A DNA stretch of 64,000 nucleotides from assembly GCA_030141605.1 (NCBI GenBank), contig JAQGDQ010000333.1:197803-261802 (forward strand), written 5' to 3'. Made by a program: the position numbers and the translations under genes. This document shows positions 1-13,800 of this stretch, piece by piece. Source of the stretch: Tubiluchus corallicola. Its lineage: Eukaryota; Animalia; Priapulida. The number at the start of each line of letters is the position of its first letter. Position 1 is the stretch's first letter. The notes under the pieces were generated by a model. The model saw nothing but the letters and a program-made list of their open reading frames with translations, had not been told where the DNA came from and made no database searches.

Positions 1-580
1 CAACCGAGTTATCAGACGTAGCACCGAACCAAATACAGAATAAAATGTGAAGTTAAAATTGAACATCAGACCAATGCCAAATTTGTTACGAAATGATACG
101 GAATGTTACCGAATTTGTTACCAAAATTGAACCGAGTTTTCTTGAAATTTCAATTGAAAGGAATGGTAATTTGTAATGTTTAAATTGTTTTAAATTAGTG
201 GTGTAAAATTTTCTTATTACTAAATCTGTGTTTTATTTAATGGTTATGTTTTAAAATATTAGGTATTTTGAAAGCAGCCCTAATTATTTCAAAAGCATTC
301 AAACTATTTTGTTATTGCAATCAGAATGTCATTATGTCTGTTGTAGACAATGAGGCACTAAATAAAGATTGAGACCTGTCTGAAGCTTGAACAAGATATT
401 TTTTGCTTCAAAGCTTTTAAAGCCTTATAAATCTGGCATGCTGTAGTCAGTATAGCTGTCTAACTGCCTTTTTCTACTCCGGAACTCGGACGCCAAATCC
501 GATTTTTTGGATCCGCCCCAGTTTTACTTTAACTGCTTTCAATTAGATTCGGGTTCAGGAAAAAAATTTGAAGCATCTTC

Positions 581-1043
581 CTAATTACTGTTTATCCAGT
601 TTAAGGAGCAAGTCTGCTACCAACTAGTGCTATAAAATTTCCCTTATTTCTGGTTTAATCTCTAATACACCAATTCGCTATGTTAACACCTTTAATGTGA
701 TTGCGAAGTTCCGTAAAAGTTATGCACCGCATAAATGATTTGTCAACCCAGCACCCTACTGGCGATAAATATTTTCAACAGTAACATGGACACAACATAC
801 GCACACAATTTTCTAATTACTGTTTATCCAGTTTAAGGAGCAAGTCTGCTACCAACTAGTGCTATAAAATTTCCCTTATTTCTGGTTTAATCTCTAATAC
901 ACCAATTCGCTATGTTAACACCTTTAATGTGATTGCGAAGTTCCGTAAAAGTTATGCACCGCATAAATGATTTGTCAACCCAGCACCCTACTGGCGATAA
1001 ATATTTTCAACAGTAACATGGACACAACATACGCACACAATTT
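581..1043. repeat. Near-perfect direct tandem duplication, period ~232 bp
   Basis: CTAATTACTG...GCACACAATTT occurs at 581-811 and 813-1043; the only difference I see is one T-run length. Confidence 0.93.
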
Positions 1044-1835
1044 CGGTTATAGTGTTTCTAAACACAAACAATATTTTAGCAGTTTAGTTTATTTTTACAT
1101 TGTAAATGATATTAGATTAGTTCCAAAAAACTATGCCAAAATATCTCTGTATTCTTTGTACATAGTACCACGTACGTTTTGCATAGTAATAGCATTACTA
1201 TCTAAATTGCAATAAATAAAGATCGAACCAAGGTGAACAACAGGCAAAAACTAAATCTGAAGTTTTGAACTAAGAAACTTTACTGCATTCAGTGACCATT
1301 ATACAAGACCATTTTGTATACTTATGTTTCAATGAAACATACATGGAAACAACAAAAACCTCAGATTCGGATTCGATTCATTTTCGGAAATGAAGTAAAA
1401 ATCATCTTCGAATTCACTTTGATTTCTGAATTTAAGCTTTGTCCCACTCCTATGCTATACATAGTAGAGGTACAGTGGAAGAATCAGCTTGATTTACATT
1501 ACATCATTATATACTATAACAATCAGATTTTTGAGAATTGGTTTTCTACAAATTTTAAATGTTATTTCCACGTTAAATGTTTATATATACTTGCACATAG
1601 CATATCTTTCATTTTGTAACTTTTGTACTTGCATTATCCGCGCTTTTGAAATTACTTTATTAAAAAATGGTAAGTTTGTCTTCGTCAGTATTGAATATTA
1701 ATTTATTGATGTCAAATTGTTATGCAAGTTTAGTAATCTCATGTATTATCAGTAGCATGAAAACCGTATAGTTGAGAACCGAGAATAAACCTCAATTAGT
1801 AATTTAGAATTTTTTTACTTTTCACAGAGTTTACA

Positions 1836-4800
1836 ATGGCTGTTTATTTTGATACAAAAATTGAACCAGCATATCCTGGTAGCAACAACTATTTTATTGA
1901 TTGGCACAGTGCAGGTAGAATACTAGCTGTGGCATCCTATCACAGTGAACATGGTGGAGCGGTGAATTTATATTGTTATTTAGACGATGTAAGTAGTATT
2001 TTTGTGATATAATTAGTGACTTAACATGCAAACCATAATTTGAATGTGTTAGCTTCATTTAGTCGATTTTTTTAGATATCTTTTGCGGGTAATAAATGTG
2101 CTATTTTGCGGAAATTTTTGCAAGACTTTTTAATTGTTACCTGTGTTAACATCTTTATAACAAAAATTCTTCACTTTTTGAATGGATGGTATTAAGTGTG
2201 ACAAATACGATTAAAATCTTGAAAAGCCTCAAAAGATACTCTTTAAAAACATCTTGCCCACAATCCAAAACCGCAGGAATTTTGTTCTAATTTCTTAAAT
2301 ATATGTTTACATAATAAGGGTGGTACAAAATTCTTCACTATTTTAATACTAGACATTATATTGATCTGTTTTCATTGGAATGTTACCTTACAGGACAATA
2401 AGATGTATGTAAATGCTGGATGACGAAAATTTTCGTTGTTTGATGATTATGTGTTTGCAACAGGTCCATTTCTATGGTGAAATGAACACAAGACACCATT
2501 TAGTGCTGTCTTGGCTTGGAGTGCAGAGAAGTGCTCTTAATAACAAAATTTTTGTGTTTCTTATTTTTTAGTTTAACACTTTGCAAAATTTTAGGCCACA
2601 CATCTTAGTGAATCTGTCCTTCACCAGACATCAGCTCCAGCTTCAATAAATTGGCATCCATCGAAGAAAATCCTTGCTATTGGTTGGGTAAATGGCAATC
2701 TTACTATATGGCAGGAGGAGGGCAACAGGTCCACAAACATTAATAGCATTCATTCCAGTGTAGTGTCTGTGTTAGAGTGGAATCCAACTGGTACAAGGCT
2801 ACTGTCAGCAGATAATGTAAGCTTCATAGAGCCAATGAGCAAATTATTTTATTTTATTTCTGTAAATGCAATACTTTCAAAATCGCTGTTTTCTTACATT
2901 TAATTAGAGTGCAGTGTTTTATTTAGGCACGTTGTAATAATGAAATTGAGTGCCCTTGAAACAATTATAACTTGAACTGTTTATAATTTGCAGTTTAAAA
3001 AAGTCTAACTAATTCTTCTTTTAATGATGTCCTATTTAGTGAAATTTTGTTCTAACAATAGTGAGATTTAAACTTTGTGCAAACTACTAGAAGTGACCAT
3101 TAATAATGAATGTCTGTTAAGAAATTAAAGCGAGTTTCATTAGTGCATTTAAATTAAATTGTAAAACATTGGCAAAAAACTGCTGTTAGCTTGGTAAAAT
3201 TAAATTATGTTACATTTGTGTAACATGCTTGTGTTGTGTTATTATAGAATGGCGTAGTTGTTGTCTGGAAAGTAGATCCACGTGGTCAAATACAACAGCC
3301 ACCTGTACATCAACATGAAGTGACAGAGGCAATTGTACAGTGTGTATTTAAGCCCAGTCCTCCTATTGATCCTGACACGTATGTACTAAATTTTGCATAT
3401 TTTCCCAAATAACTATGTTAAACTGTATAAATGGCAGCCGAACTTTAGAATTACTAGTGATGTGTAAGGAAGAGAGCCCATATCTAAATTTTGGTTGTAG
3501 AATGACTTGTTTACTGCTGATTTTTATGTATTGCCAACTGTAAGAGCAAATTTTTTTCAAGGCGGAAGAAATAACAATAATAAGAACTAATATCATTGTC
3601 ATATCAAGTAAATGATAGGTGTAAATGACATTAAATTTTTTGAGCATACAATTGTCAGAGATTTTGAAATTGCAATAAGTTGTTGAAAGTTCTTGTTTGG
3701 CCCAAATACCAAATGTAATGGAAATAGCAATGATTTTTAAATTAAAATTCAAAGTGTATTTTTTGTAATTTGCCACTGCTAATTGGTGGAAAACAGTTAA
3801 CTTTTAATAAATTGACATAAAATTATTATTCAATGTATTAAACTGAATTTCTTAACTGGATCTAGTTGAAATAAGACTTGATGAATAAGTTTTTTTTATT
3901 AAAATTACATCAGCTTTATGTTTATGCAGATGTATCATTCACATGTGTGTGGCTATTACTAATTCCAGTCTTTGACTGATAAAAACTATTCTAAAACCTT
4001 TAACATTTTTGTATCAATTTTGGGATGGCACAATTAAACATTTTCCATTTTGCACTACAGTAAGACCTTGCTTAACGACGCTAATACGGTCCAGCAAAAT
4101 GCGACATTACGTGAAACAATGTTAAACTAAGCCAAGACCATATTAAGTAATGTAACAGAACTGAAATACATTCCAGAGACAAAAAATCAATACTGCTTCT
4201 TAAATCATATAAGTTAAATAGTCTATGAGTTTTATTCATTTTTCTGCTGGTTAATGCCTTCCTGCTTGCCTGAAACCACCTATATATTTTACTTACCAAT
4301 ACCTAGCTATAGCGGTTTCTCATTCACTAACTTTAATCCTAGACAAGGGTTAAACGATAAACACTGCAGAGTCAAAGTCAAGCCTTGGGGTGACCTTGGG
4401 AATTTTACCTACATACACTTAGTCTGGCTGCTATAGCAACAGGTTGCAGACAAAATTCCTTGCATAAAATTTACTTGTTGGTAACTTGATAATTGAAACT
4501 TCTAGTAAGACAGTAGTAGCATCAGTAGTCAGTCACAAAGGAAAAACATGTATAATAATTGCACTGTTTGCATTACTAGTGTGGTTTTAGAACAGAATAT
4601 CACAATTTGTGCTGTTTTAGTGCATCAAATTAGCTAAAGATTTTGTTGATCAAATAAAAATTTGCCTTGAGCAAAGTAAAAAAAATCGTAATTAAAGCGA
4701 AACATGCATTGTTACGTGAAAAAGCTGTCAAATGATCAGTGTCGTTAAAATGAACCATTGCTAAATGGGGAGTTGTTAAACGAGGATTTACTGTATTAAA

Positions 4801-7800
4801 TGCAAAGTAAGTTAACTTGTTTTGTGCTATGGTAGTTGAATTTGTATTTAGACGAGTGGGTATAAATAACAAGTATGTCATAGTTTTAAATGAGTGGTGT
4901 GGGCTTGCCTTATGAAAGTGTGAGTCTAGTGCAATATTTGCATTGCATTTATTACTGTTTGCTCAAAAATGTGCGAGAATAAAGACATCCATGTACCTAA
5001 ATATTTATGTTGTTCAGATGTGATCTTTTATTCAATTTTGGCTATTCAAATAATTACTGTTTAAATATAGTTTCAACATTATGTTTCTGGGGTTTCCTGA
5101 TCTTGTGTACATATTTATGTTCTTGCATATATTTATGTAGTGTTTCACTTACAGGACATCTTTTAATTATTTTCTTACTAATACACAGGGACATGACAAG
5201 TTTAGCTAGAGCAGCAGTGAGTGGAGATGAGAGTGCATTAGACATGTTCACTTGGAATAAAAAAACTAAATTGTCATCTGCATCCACAGAAAGTTTAACA
5301 TGCTACTTGTCTGGGGTGTCAGGTAATGTATGTTATAAAACTTTGATGCATGTATCTGGTGATTGTGGTTTTCCTATACTTGACCACAAAGTCAGGCAGC
5401 TCCTCTGAGCAGCTCCTTTTAATTTGATGCTTAAGATATCTCAGTTTAAAGAAGGTATTAAAGTCATTGAAAAATTTTGGTTGCTTTAAGAACATTGAAT
5501 ACTATGTGTGCAGTCTATCACAAGTGGCTTCCTTCCTGACATTAGAAAATGCCTGCTGAATGCTTTATGATTGTGTGCATTTGACAGAGTTTTTAAGGTG
5601 CTACTTTAAAATGTAAGGCCATTAGCCATGTATCTGGCTATTTGTATTCTAAAAAACACTCTGGCCAGTCAGTACAAAAAGCTGTACTTATACATCAATC
5701 TCTCTACGAAAAATTTTTAGATTTTTTAATAAATGATATCTTTTTAAGATTTTTCACTTGTTTCAAGTCGTTTTAATACTTTTGTAAGTTACAATTTGAT
5801 ACTTGATTTATACTTGATTTTAAAATGGCAATTTATTTGTTCTCAAAATAATAACTTTCTTAACGCTAATTTTAAATGAAGCACTGAGATCTGGAAGGCT
5901 GCTTCTAAAGGAAGCGAAAGGAAAAACATGAAAGAACCAAGTTACAGTACCAGGTATTAATAAAGTGTTCTACCTGCTAAAGCCAAATTTATCTTGAATG
6001 TCACAGGATTTGAAAAATGTTGCTTGTATGAAGAACTGGAGTGGTTTCATGTGCGGTAGAAGCTCATTGAAGATGTTTTTCTCATTTTAGCTGCAATATA
6101 TATTTTCCATGTTGCAGTTAATAGCAAATTTTGATATCTAATTTAGGTGGTGTTTATCTTGTTAACGAGTCAGGAGAATGCATGCAGATTTTCAAAGCTG
6201 ACGAGCCAGTCAAGAAATTGTTATTTTTTGAGGATAAGCCAATCCTTGTTGTCATTACAAGTTCTTTCATGTTATGTCAATATGATGTGTATCCAGATGG
6301 ATCACTGTTAGAGATATCCAAGGTTTGTGATTTATCTTCTACGTCTTTTCCAAGTTGATTCTTGAATTATTCATTGGCTCAACATGTTTCCTTGTGCATA
6401 ATTATACAGAATTTTAATCTTTGGATTATACTATGAACTTAGGCATTTTTGTATAAATTTTGTAGTAGTATCATTAAGAATTTACCATTTCTTTATTAAA
6501 ATTTTTTTACTCATTTGTATAAATTTTACATTTTATATAAATTGGCATTTTTGAAAAGCACCGTTTGTCTCTAGTTGATATCCTTTGTAACACCTATTTG
6601 TTTAAATAATAGTGATCATCAGCTTTTTCTGAGGGTTAAGTGTTTTGATTTTTCTAGTACAGTTGATACTTTAAAAAAAGCTCTTAACATACATGTGTAA
6701 CTTATAATTAGAGGCTGAAGCTAAGCAGTTGCAACTATATCATCTTACTCACTGAAATCAGCTAGCTCGGCTGAGGTTGTGATTTTTTTAGCTAAATAAA
6801 TGGTAAATTGTAAGTTTGGTAAATTGTTAGTTAACTGTTAGTTATGTAGACATTTTTTTAAATAATTCGTGTTGCTTATACACAGAGAAAAGCTGATGTA
6901 CAAATTCAAATGATGAATTTTTTGTTTTTATAAAAAAGCAATGACTTGATTGCAAATGTAATTTAAATGCAACTCTTGGCGAGGTTGATCTTGAACACCA
7001 AAATTATCCGATATGTGTGACTGGCGTTGCCTATTTTTGTATTTAATTTGAATTGACCAGCTTTCTCTGTCAGTTATCTCTGGTTATCTCTGTCAACACA
7101 AGCATTAGCTAACCGTGAATTTGCGATGCATTTGCCATATTTCAACCAGTGAATTACAGTGTCACATGATTATCGTGAGAGGGAAAATGTTTGCACCAGT
7201 GAAAAATGCCGGCTAGCTCGACTCCCATCATTGAGTGGCTGGTGCGAATAAAGCTGGGTTTCTTGTTGGCTAGGTGTCTGTAGAATTAAACCATCTGGAG
7301 CCCTGCTGAAACGGCGCAGCTCTGGGCGCTACTTATAATAGTTTTTAATCCTACACTTAGCATGATAAGCATTTGTATGTGCTTGTGTCGTACAACACCC
7401 GATTTGACCATTTTAAGTCTTCATTAATTTCATGTTCATCTGCCTAGAAGCTAAATTATTTAGAAACCAATGTTTCAAGTTTAAGGAAATATTTCTAGGC
7501 ACTGCAAGAAATAGCAACAGAGTTAACCGCTCTATTTATGGCAAATTGTGTAGTTACTGCATTACTACTACATTACTATTTTATGTTTAAAAAGCAGTAC
7601 TGTTTTATGTTTCATAAATAATGATATATTAAGTAACAGAAGTCAGAATGCCTTTTTAAGTCTTAACAGTTTCTTCAATTTTGCTTTAGAAGCTTTCATC
7701 AACTTCATCGGCTGTACCAGTTTTACCTTTTACAGTAATTTTATTGTTGTATCTCTCTGTACAGCTGATGAAGTCCAAGGCAGATGAAAACTTCTGAAGG

Positions 7801-10800
7801 AAAATGAAGAATTTGTTGACATGTAAAGAGCATTATGATCATAGCAAGTCTCAGAAGAGAACCATCTTATTTTCACGTATATATAAATGTAAACAACTCA
7901 AAATTTTAGAATTTGTATAATGTTAGACTTATGCAAGATAATCATTTTTCTTCCATTCTAATCATTGCATGCTTAATAATGTTATTAAACACTTTTGTCA
8001 TTAGATAACACATACATTTATTATTTACTATGAATGAATGGTGGTTTCCTTTAACAACTTTTCCCTAGAATGTTCGCTTTTCACTTTTCTCTAACAACTT
8101 TCTTGGAATGCGGAAGAGTCGATTAAAGATGGGCTTGCCGTATGGTATTTTGTTAAGATGATCTATAGTATCATATGCCTGTTGCTGTGCTATAATAACT
8201 ATATTGAAATTACATTAGATAAGTGTTTTTTCACTTTTTGCAAGATTGTAGTTAATGCTTATTTTGGTATTTACCCACAGGTAAAGTTAAGCGGTCGCCC
8301 GCAAGAAGCAGAGATAATTTGGGCTGGAAAGGGAGTGTTAGCAACTGCAACTGGAGAAAAAGTTATCAGGTAGAAACTTCTTTTAAAGTATGCTTTTTTA
8401 TACACTTTGTGAAACATTGAGTATGTTCCAAAATATAACTTTGATGTGAAATTTTCTTTTTGTCCTTTTGATACAGTTTTGATGAGTGTTACCACTTCAG
8501 AAATACTGGAATTTGATTGCAATCACTTATGTTTTGAAGTACTTCTGGAAAAGTTTCTAGAAACACCTCGTATAAAATTATTATTGTTATCATTTATTAC
8601 GTATTCATAAGTACAATATATATTTTGCAGAAAAAAGTGCAAAGTTGCAATTACAGAGCAGTAACAAAAAAGGAAAATGTAATGGATTAGTAGAAAGTGC
8701 GTTTCTAGGTTACTATGAACTTTAATAAGATTTAATTATTAGTTAGAGGATCAGTGATTGCAGGTCGGTTTACTTTGCTTTAATTTTATTTGTAAACTGA
8801 AGTAGTCAACAAATTTTGTTTGGTATATACTAAAGAAATGAACTTTAATGCTTGTAGGATGTGGGATCTTGATAATGGAGAAAACTTTGTACTTTCATTA
8901 GAAAGTCAACCAGCCTTTGCTGCAAACGAAAATGTGATTTGTGTAGCTTATTGCAAAACTAAAGGTAAGTGATTAAGTTTGGTTTGGGGTATTGGTGCAA
9001 TAAAGTGTAGACTTACTCAATCGCTTGTAGCAAGTTTCAGTTAAACTGGAGACATTTTATGACTGATAAAACCTATCGATGGTATTAACTAGCTTTTACA
9101 TCTCAGTTTTTCCTTGTTTTTACAGGTAGTCATCAACTTACTGCCAATGCGGCTTATGACAGTTCGACTTTACGACCTGACCGCAATTTAATTAATTAAT
9201 TGTACAAAACCAATTAAAACTTCTTAATATTTCCTTCTATTTTTTAACAATTTAACTTTAATTCGCTATCTTTTTCAATAAATTCATTGTAGGCGTTGCC
9301 ATACTTTGTGCATGTACGCTCGCAACGTCTTGCATGTATCAGTGCACGGTTTTAATGTACATTTCCAACTTGTGTCCATATCGTCTTATGACGCCTACTT
9401 GCGGTCATAAGTTGACGCCTACTTGCATTAGGGTTGGGGTTCACCAAAAAAAGTACTAAAATGTATTGTCAGTATTGTGCCTAACAAAATACTTAACATC
9501 TGTTTCCCACATAAGGCTAGAAACTGCCACATAAGCCTCTTGGGTTTATCGAAAGTGTTGTTCCTGAGCTGGCTAGTGGAAGTAACAACCTGATTTTAGT
9601 AAAAGGACCAGTTTATCTATTTAAGTTAATTGATTGCTGTGCACACCCAAAGTTATGATCTTATGATCTGTTATGATCTCTTACAAGATTTTTTGTTGAT
9701 AAAAATACCTGCCAGCACCCACATAAGTCATCTGCAACTCTTTAGCCATAACATGGTCATGATCATGCACTTCTATCTAATAAAAATATGAACGTAAAAA
9801 TTAATATAGCTGTCCCAAAATCTACATTGTGAAAAGCAAACAACTCAATTTCTAAATAGTAAATTTATAGATCGGCTGGCATATAGTCTGCCCCTAGAAT
9901 TATTTTGAACAGGTCCTTGTAGTTACTCACTTACATTGTTGCTCAAGTGTTGATGCAATGGCTTCTCTTATTGCCATGCACAGGCATTAGTCAGAGAATG
10001 AATTGTATTGGAATAAAGTGATAACTTCATTTTTTCAGTCATTTAGCAATGTACTACACAATCTGTAAGTTTGCTATTTAGACATTGAGTTATTTGCTTT
10101 TCACAATATGGATATTTATATTAATTGTTATACATTATATTTTTGTTAGGTAGAATTATTGTTATTGTCAAAACGTTGCAGAATATGTGTTGGAACAAAT
10201 AATCATGCTTGTTCTTAAATGGGTGTTGGCAGTTATTTTTGTCTTAAGAATTTGCTTTCCCCAACACCAGTCAGATTATTTATTGAATACTAAGCATGTT
10301 CTTTGGTCATCTAAACAGGCATTTGTCTTTCAGGATAGCTCCAATTTGTTTTGTGAGGTTGAGGTTTTTGTTAAATTTTCATGCCATTTAATTCAATCGG
10401 AAAAATTTATCCCAGAGTTTTCAGATCGTTGGTCCGATCATACCCTTTAAGACTACAAGTGTGTGAGTCTTATGACTTTCACATTAAATTTTTTGGGCAT
10501 GATAGATTCACTATTTTTTCTGCAGTAATTTTATGCAGTAAATTGTTCTGTACTGTTACACATTGTTTTTGTACCCTCCCCCCAGCAAAAGTTTATGTAC
10601 TACATGTAGTTAATAATTTCTTATTGGCCTTATACATGTTTGCTATACATGTCTAAGTATGTGACACATGATCATTGTATTGGGCTTGATCTCTCGCATT
10701 CCAAAGGGCTATTGTGCTTTGGCACTATGCGAATATTACCCACTGCTAGTGTTTAGCTTATCTCATAAGTATTGCTGACGAAATTCACTCTCAAGACTAC

Positions 10801-13800
10801 TAGGGATCACATGACAGGAATGCCGTGCTGAGTAGTTGTTAATTTTAGACTTTACAGGCTGCTTTGTCTTGCTGTAATATAGCTACTAGCTGTGTATAGT
10901 TTAATACAAAAAATAATCCTTACCCTGGAGTTGCTTGTTTATGATAAATCTAGGGCAAAATTAGGTTTAAAAGTTGCACTAAGTACTTGGAATTAAAAGA
11001 ATGTTTTAATACATATTTTTCTGAGCTTCATTTCACATTGTCAAACCTCTCAAATTGTAGACAATAAATTTGTTTTTATTCAGAATATGCTCTCTTCAAT
11101 TTTCAGCTAACTCTTACAGTTTTGAAGATTTTTAAACATGTCCATGGTTTTAATAAAGCTGTTAGCAGTTAATGTTTTTACAGAAGTACTTGCTGGAGGC
11201 ACTAGTCTTGGTAATGTGGCACTATGGTGGCACCATCCGGTGCCTCAGACTGATCGAGAACTTGAATGGAAACTTCAGGCTCCGGCTCCACTTGAGGGCA
11301 TCATCAAGTCTATACGAGTTAGTAGTTTATCTCATCAGTTTTTGATACGAAATATACAACTTTTTCTTCTATGCTGTTAAACTTTGAGAACATATAAAAC
11401 TTCTGCATAACTATAACCACATAAATGCGTACATGTATAAAGGTGTGGTTTAACAGACACTGATTTATTTTCAGTGGGGGTCACATAACTTGTTAGCTAT
11501 CAGCACCGTCCATAGTGCATACATTTTAGAAGAGCAGGCATTGGTTTCACATTATTCAGGCAAGGTAAGCAATTTTACATTACTGAATGACAGCATTTTG
11601 AAATCATATTTCAGAATCCGAAGTTTTTCTCGAGATTAATAATAAGACATCATTAGTTATAATACAATTGTTAAGTATATTTTTAATCATTTTTAAGTTA
11701 GGTATTTGTTAAGAATAAGTTTTGTTCCAATTTTATTATCCTGTAGTAATTAATGTGTCTTTGCCCCATTATTAAAAGGTTGCAGCAGTGCAGATCTCTC
11801 CAGCACAGGTGTGGATTGAGCTGTTCTCAGCTGGTACATTTTACCAACTAAAAACTGATATTCAGGTTAAAGGCGTTTGTTGCTCTAAGGATAATATTTG
11901 CATGTGGAATGGCAAAAAAGTGCTAGTTTATGATGTGAGCAGTGATCCATGTGCTATTAAAATATGTGGTAAGTGATTTTATAATTTTAGTATATTTGTT
12001 AAATTTCTGGAAATTGTTTTTATGGCCATTAGTTTGCACCTTTTTAGTGTACATTTTGTTTTGTTTTAGCAGCTTAGCAACTTAGAAAAAATATTTGGTG
12101 ATTTGAGTTACAGTTATATATGACAAAATATTGCATGGAGTGATGGAAGCTGTTTTTATGATCATATTTTATGCATACGTAAACTGAACTCATCTTGAAA
12201 ACAAGAAATAATGTAATTTGTAATGTATATAAGTAAAAACGTGTGTCAGTGGATGAAGATATTTTGCAATTTTGAATTTTGTGTTTTAGTAACTAACACG
12301 TGTTTGTAATCATTGAAATTTTAGGTACATTTGCAAGTGAAGCATATTCAGCCTGCATAAACGAGCAGACTTTATACTTGGTAGAACAGAGAAAAGTTCA
12401 AGTTAGAACATTTCAGGTTAGAGCAATGCTTAGTAATTTGTAACTTTAATTTAAATAATTACTTTTGCTTCATTAGGCTATTTTATGAATGGGATATAAT
12501 AATGTCACTCAGTATTTGTGAGTAATGTTCTTAATCTTTCTTTTTTGTTGTTTTTACATAGGGCACAATTAAGCAGACACTTATGTTTAGCGAAAATGAG
12601 GGTGATCCATTATGTTTGGACACTAATGGATTGTACCTAGTTGTAGGCACTTCTAATAGTTTTATCAAAGTCTGGGATCTCTCACGGAGGTATAATTTTG
12701 TGATTTTCTTCTGTCTTGAGCATTAAGTGTGTTGCAGCCTACGCAATGTTCATCAATTTGGAAACTTGTCTAATTTGTGTCAGTGGGTTCATATTGATTT
12801 AAATCTTCATTTGTATAGTTTCTGATTCTGTGAGTTTTTTATAACTTTGCTGTTTTTGCAGAGAAGCCAGGCTTCATGTGAATCCAAAGTCCATAAAAGA
12901 TCTAATTCCATTTTATGAGGACATTGCCAGTGTGAAAGTCAACTGTGCAGGCAATAAAGTCAGCATTATGTTGAGAACTGTAAGTGTCTTTTGCAGTACT
13001 TTACTGCATCTGCAATGCCTTTTGTTTTATGCATATGTGCTGTTTTAAAGAAAAGATCATAATAAACAGTTTCAAAACTTAGAAGCACCTATTCTATATT
13101 CTAATTAACAAATTTGAATAATATCATTTATAAAATAGTTTTTGTTACCTAAATCAGCTTTATTTTTAGGTCCCCTGACTTTTGTAAAGCGGGGTAAAAG
13201 TCAGTAAAGGGACCCATTGCCGTAGTGCGTCGTTTGTCGAACTTCGGGTGTCGTCCACAATTGACTTAATTTGGTATATTGAGCCAAAACCTTTGGTCTC
13301 AGGTCGTTGACCTTTGGCATGCAACAACCTTTGCATAAGATGCATGTATGAAAATGAATGAGGAACATGAATTTTCAAGTTATGTAGGATTTTGGACATT
13401 TTGCTAAAAATCTATGTTATGTATGATGTAAACAAAATGTTTTTACAGTAATTTTGGACAGATAATATGACTTTCAAAAGTTCAGGGGTTGCTATGGTGT
13501 CGAAGGTCTTAATTTGACGGTTGCTAGGGTGTAGGTACAAAACAGATAAGGTACATATTCTTTGAAAATTTTGAGGCCAAACACATGCAATATACAGAAA
13601 ACACTGTAATGCCAGAGTTTTGGACACTGTCAAAATTTTGGCCCACCCGGGGTCACCCAAAGGTCATCAACAGAGAATGTCTCAATCACATTAGATTATA
13701 TATCAAATTAAAGCTTGAGGTGAGGTGGGCTTGACACTAACAATTGTTGGCCCGCCTGGTGTCACCTAAAGGGCATCTACAGGGAATATGTCTACATGTT

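Noticed and set aside
1640-1675. Possible 5' UTR exon ending at AAATG|GTAAGT (1669)
   Set aside because: Plausible donor upstream of the acceptor at 1827, but exon start and promoter cannot be supported without transcripts.
967-1701. Short ORFs upstream of IFT140 and similar 60-130 aa intronic ORFs
   Set aside because: AT-rich chance ORFs with no motifs; those with real content are IFT140 exons already counted.
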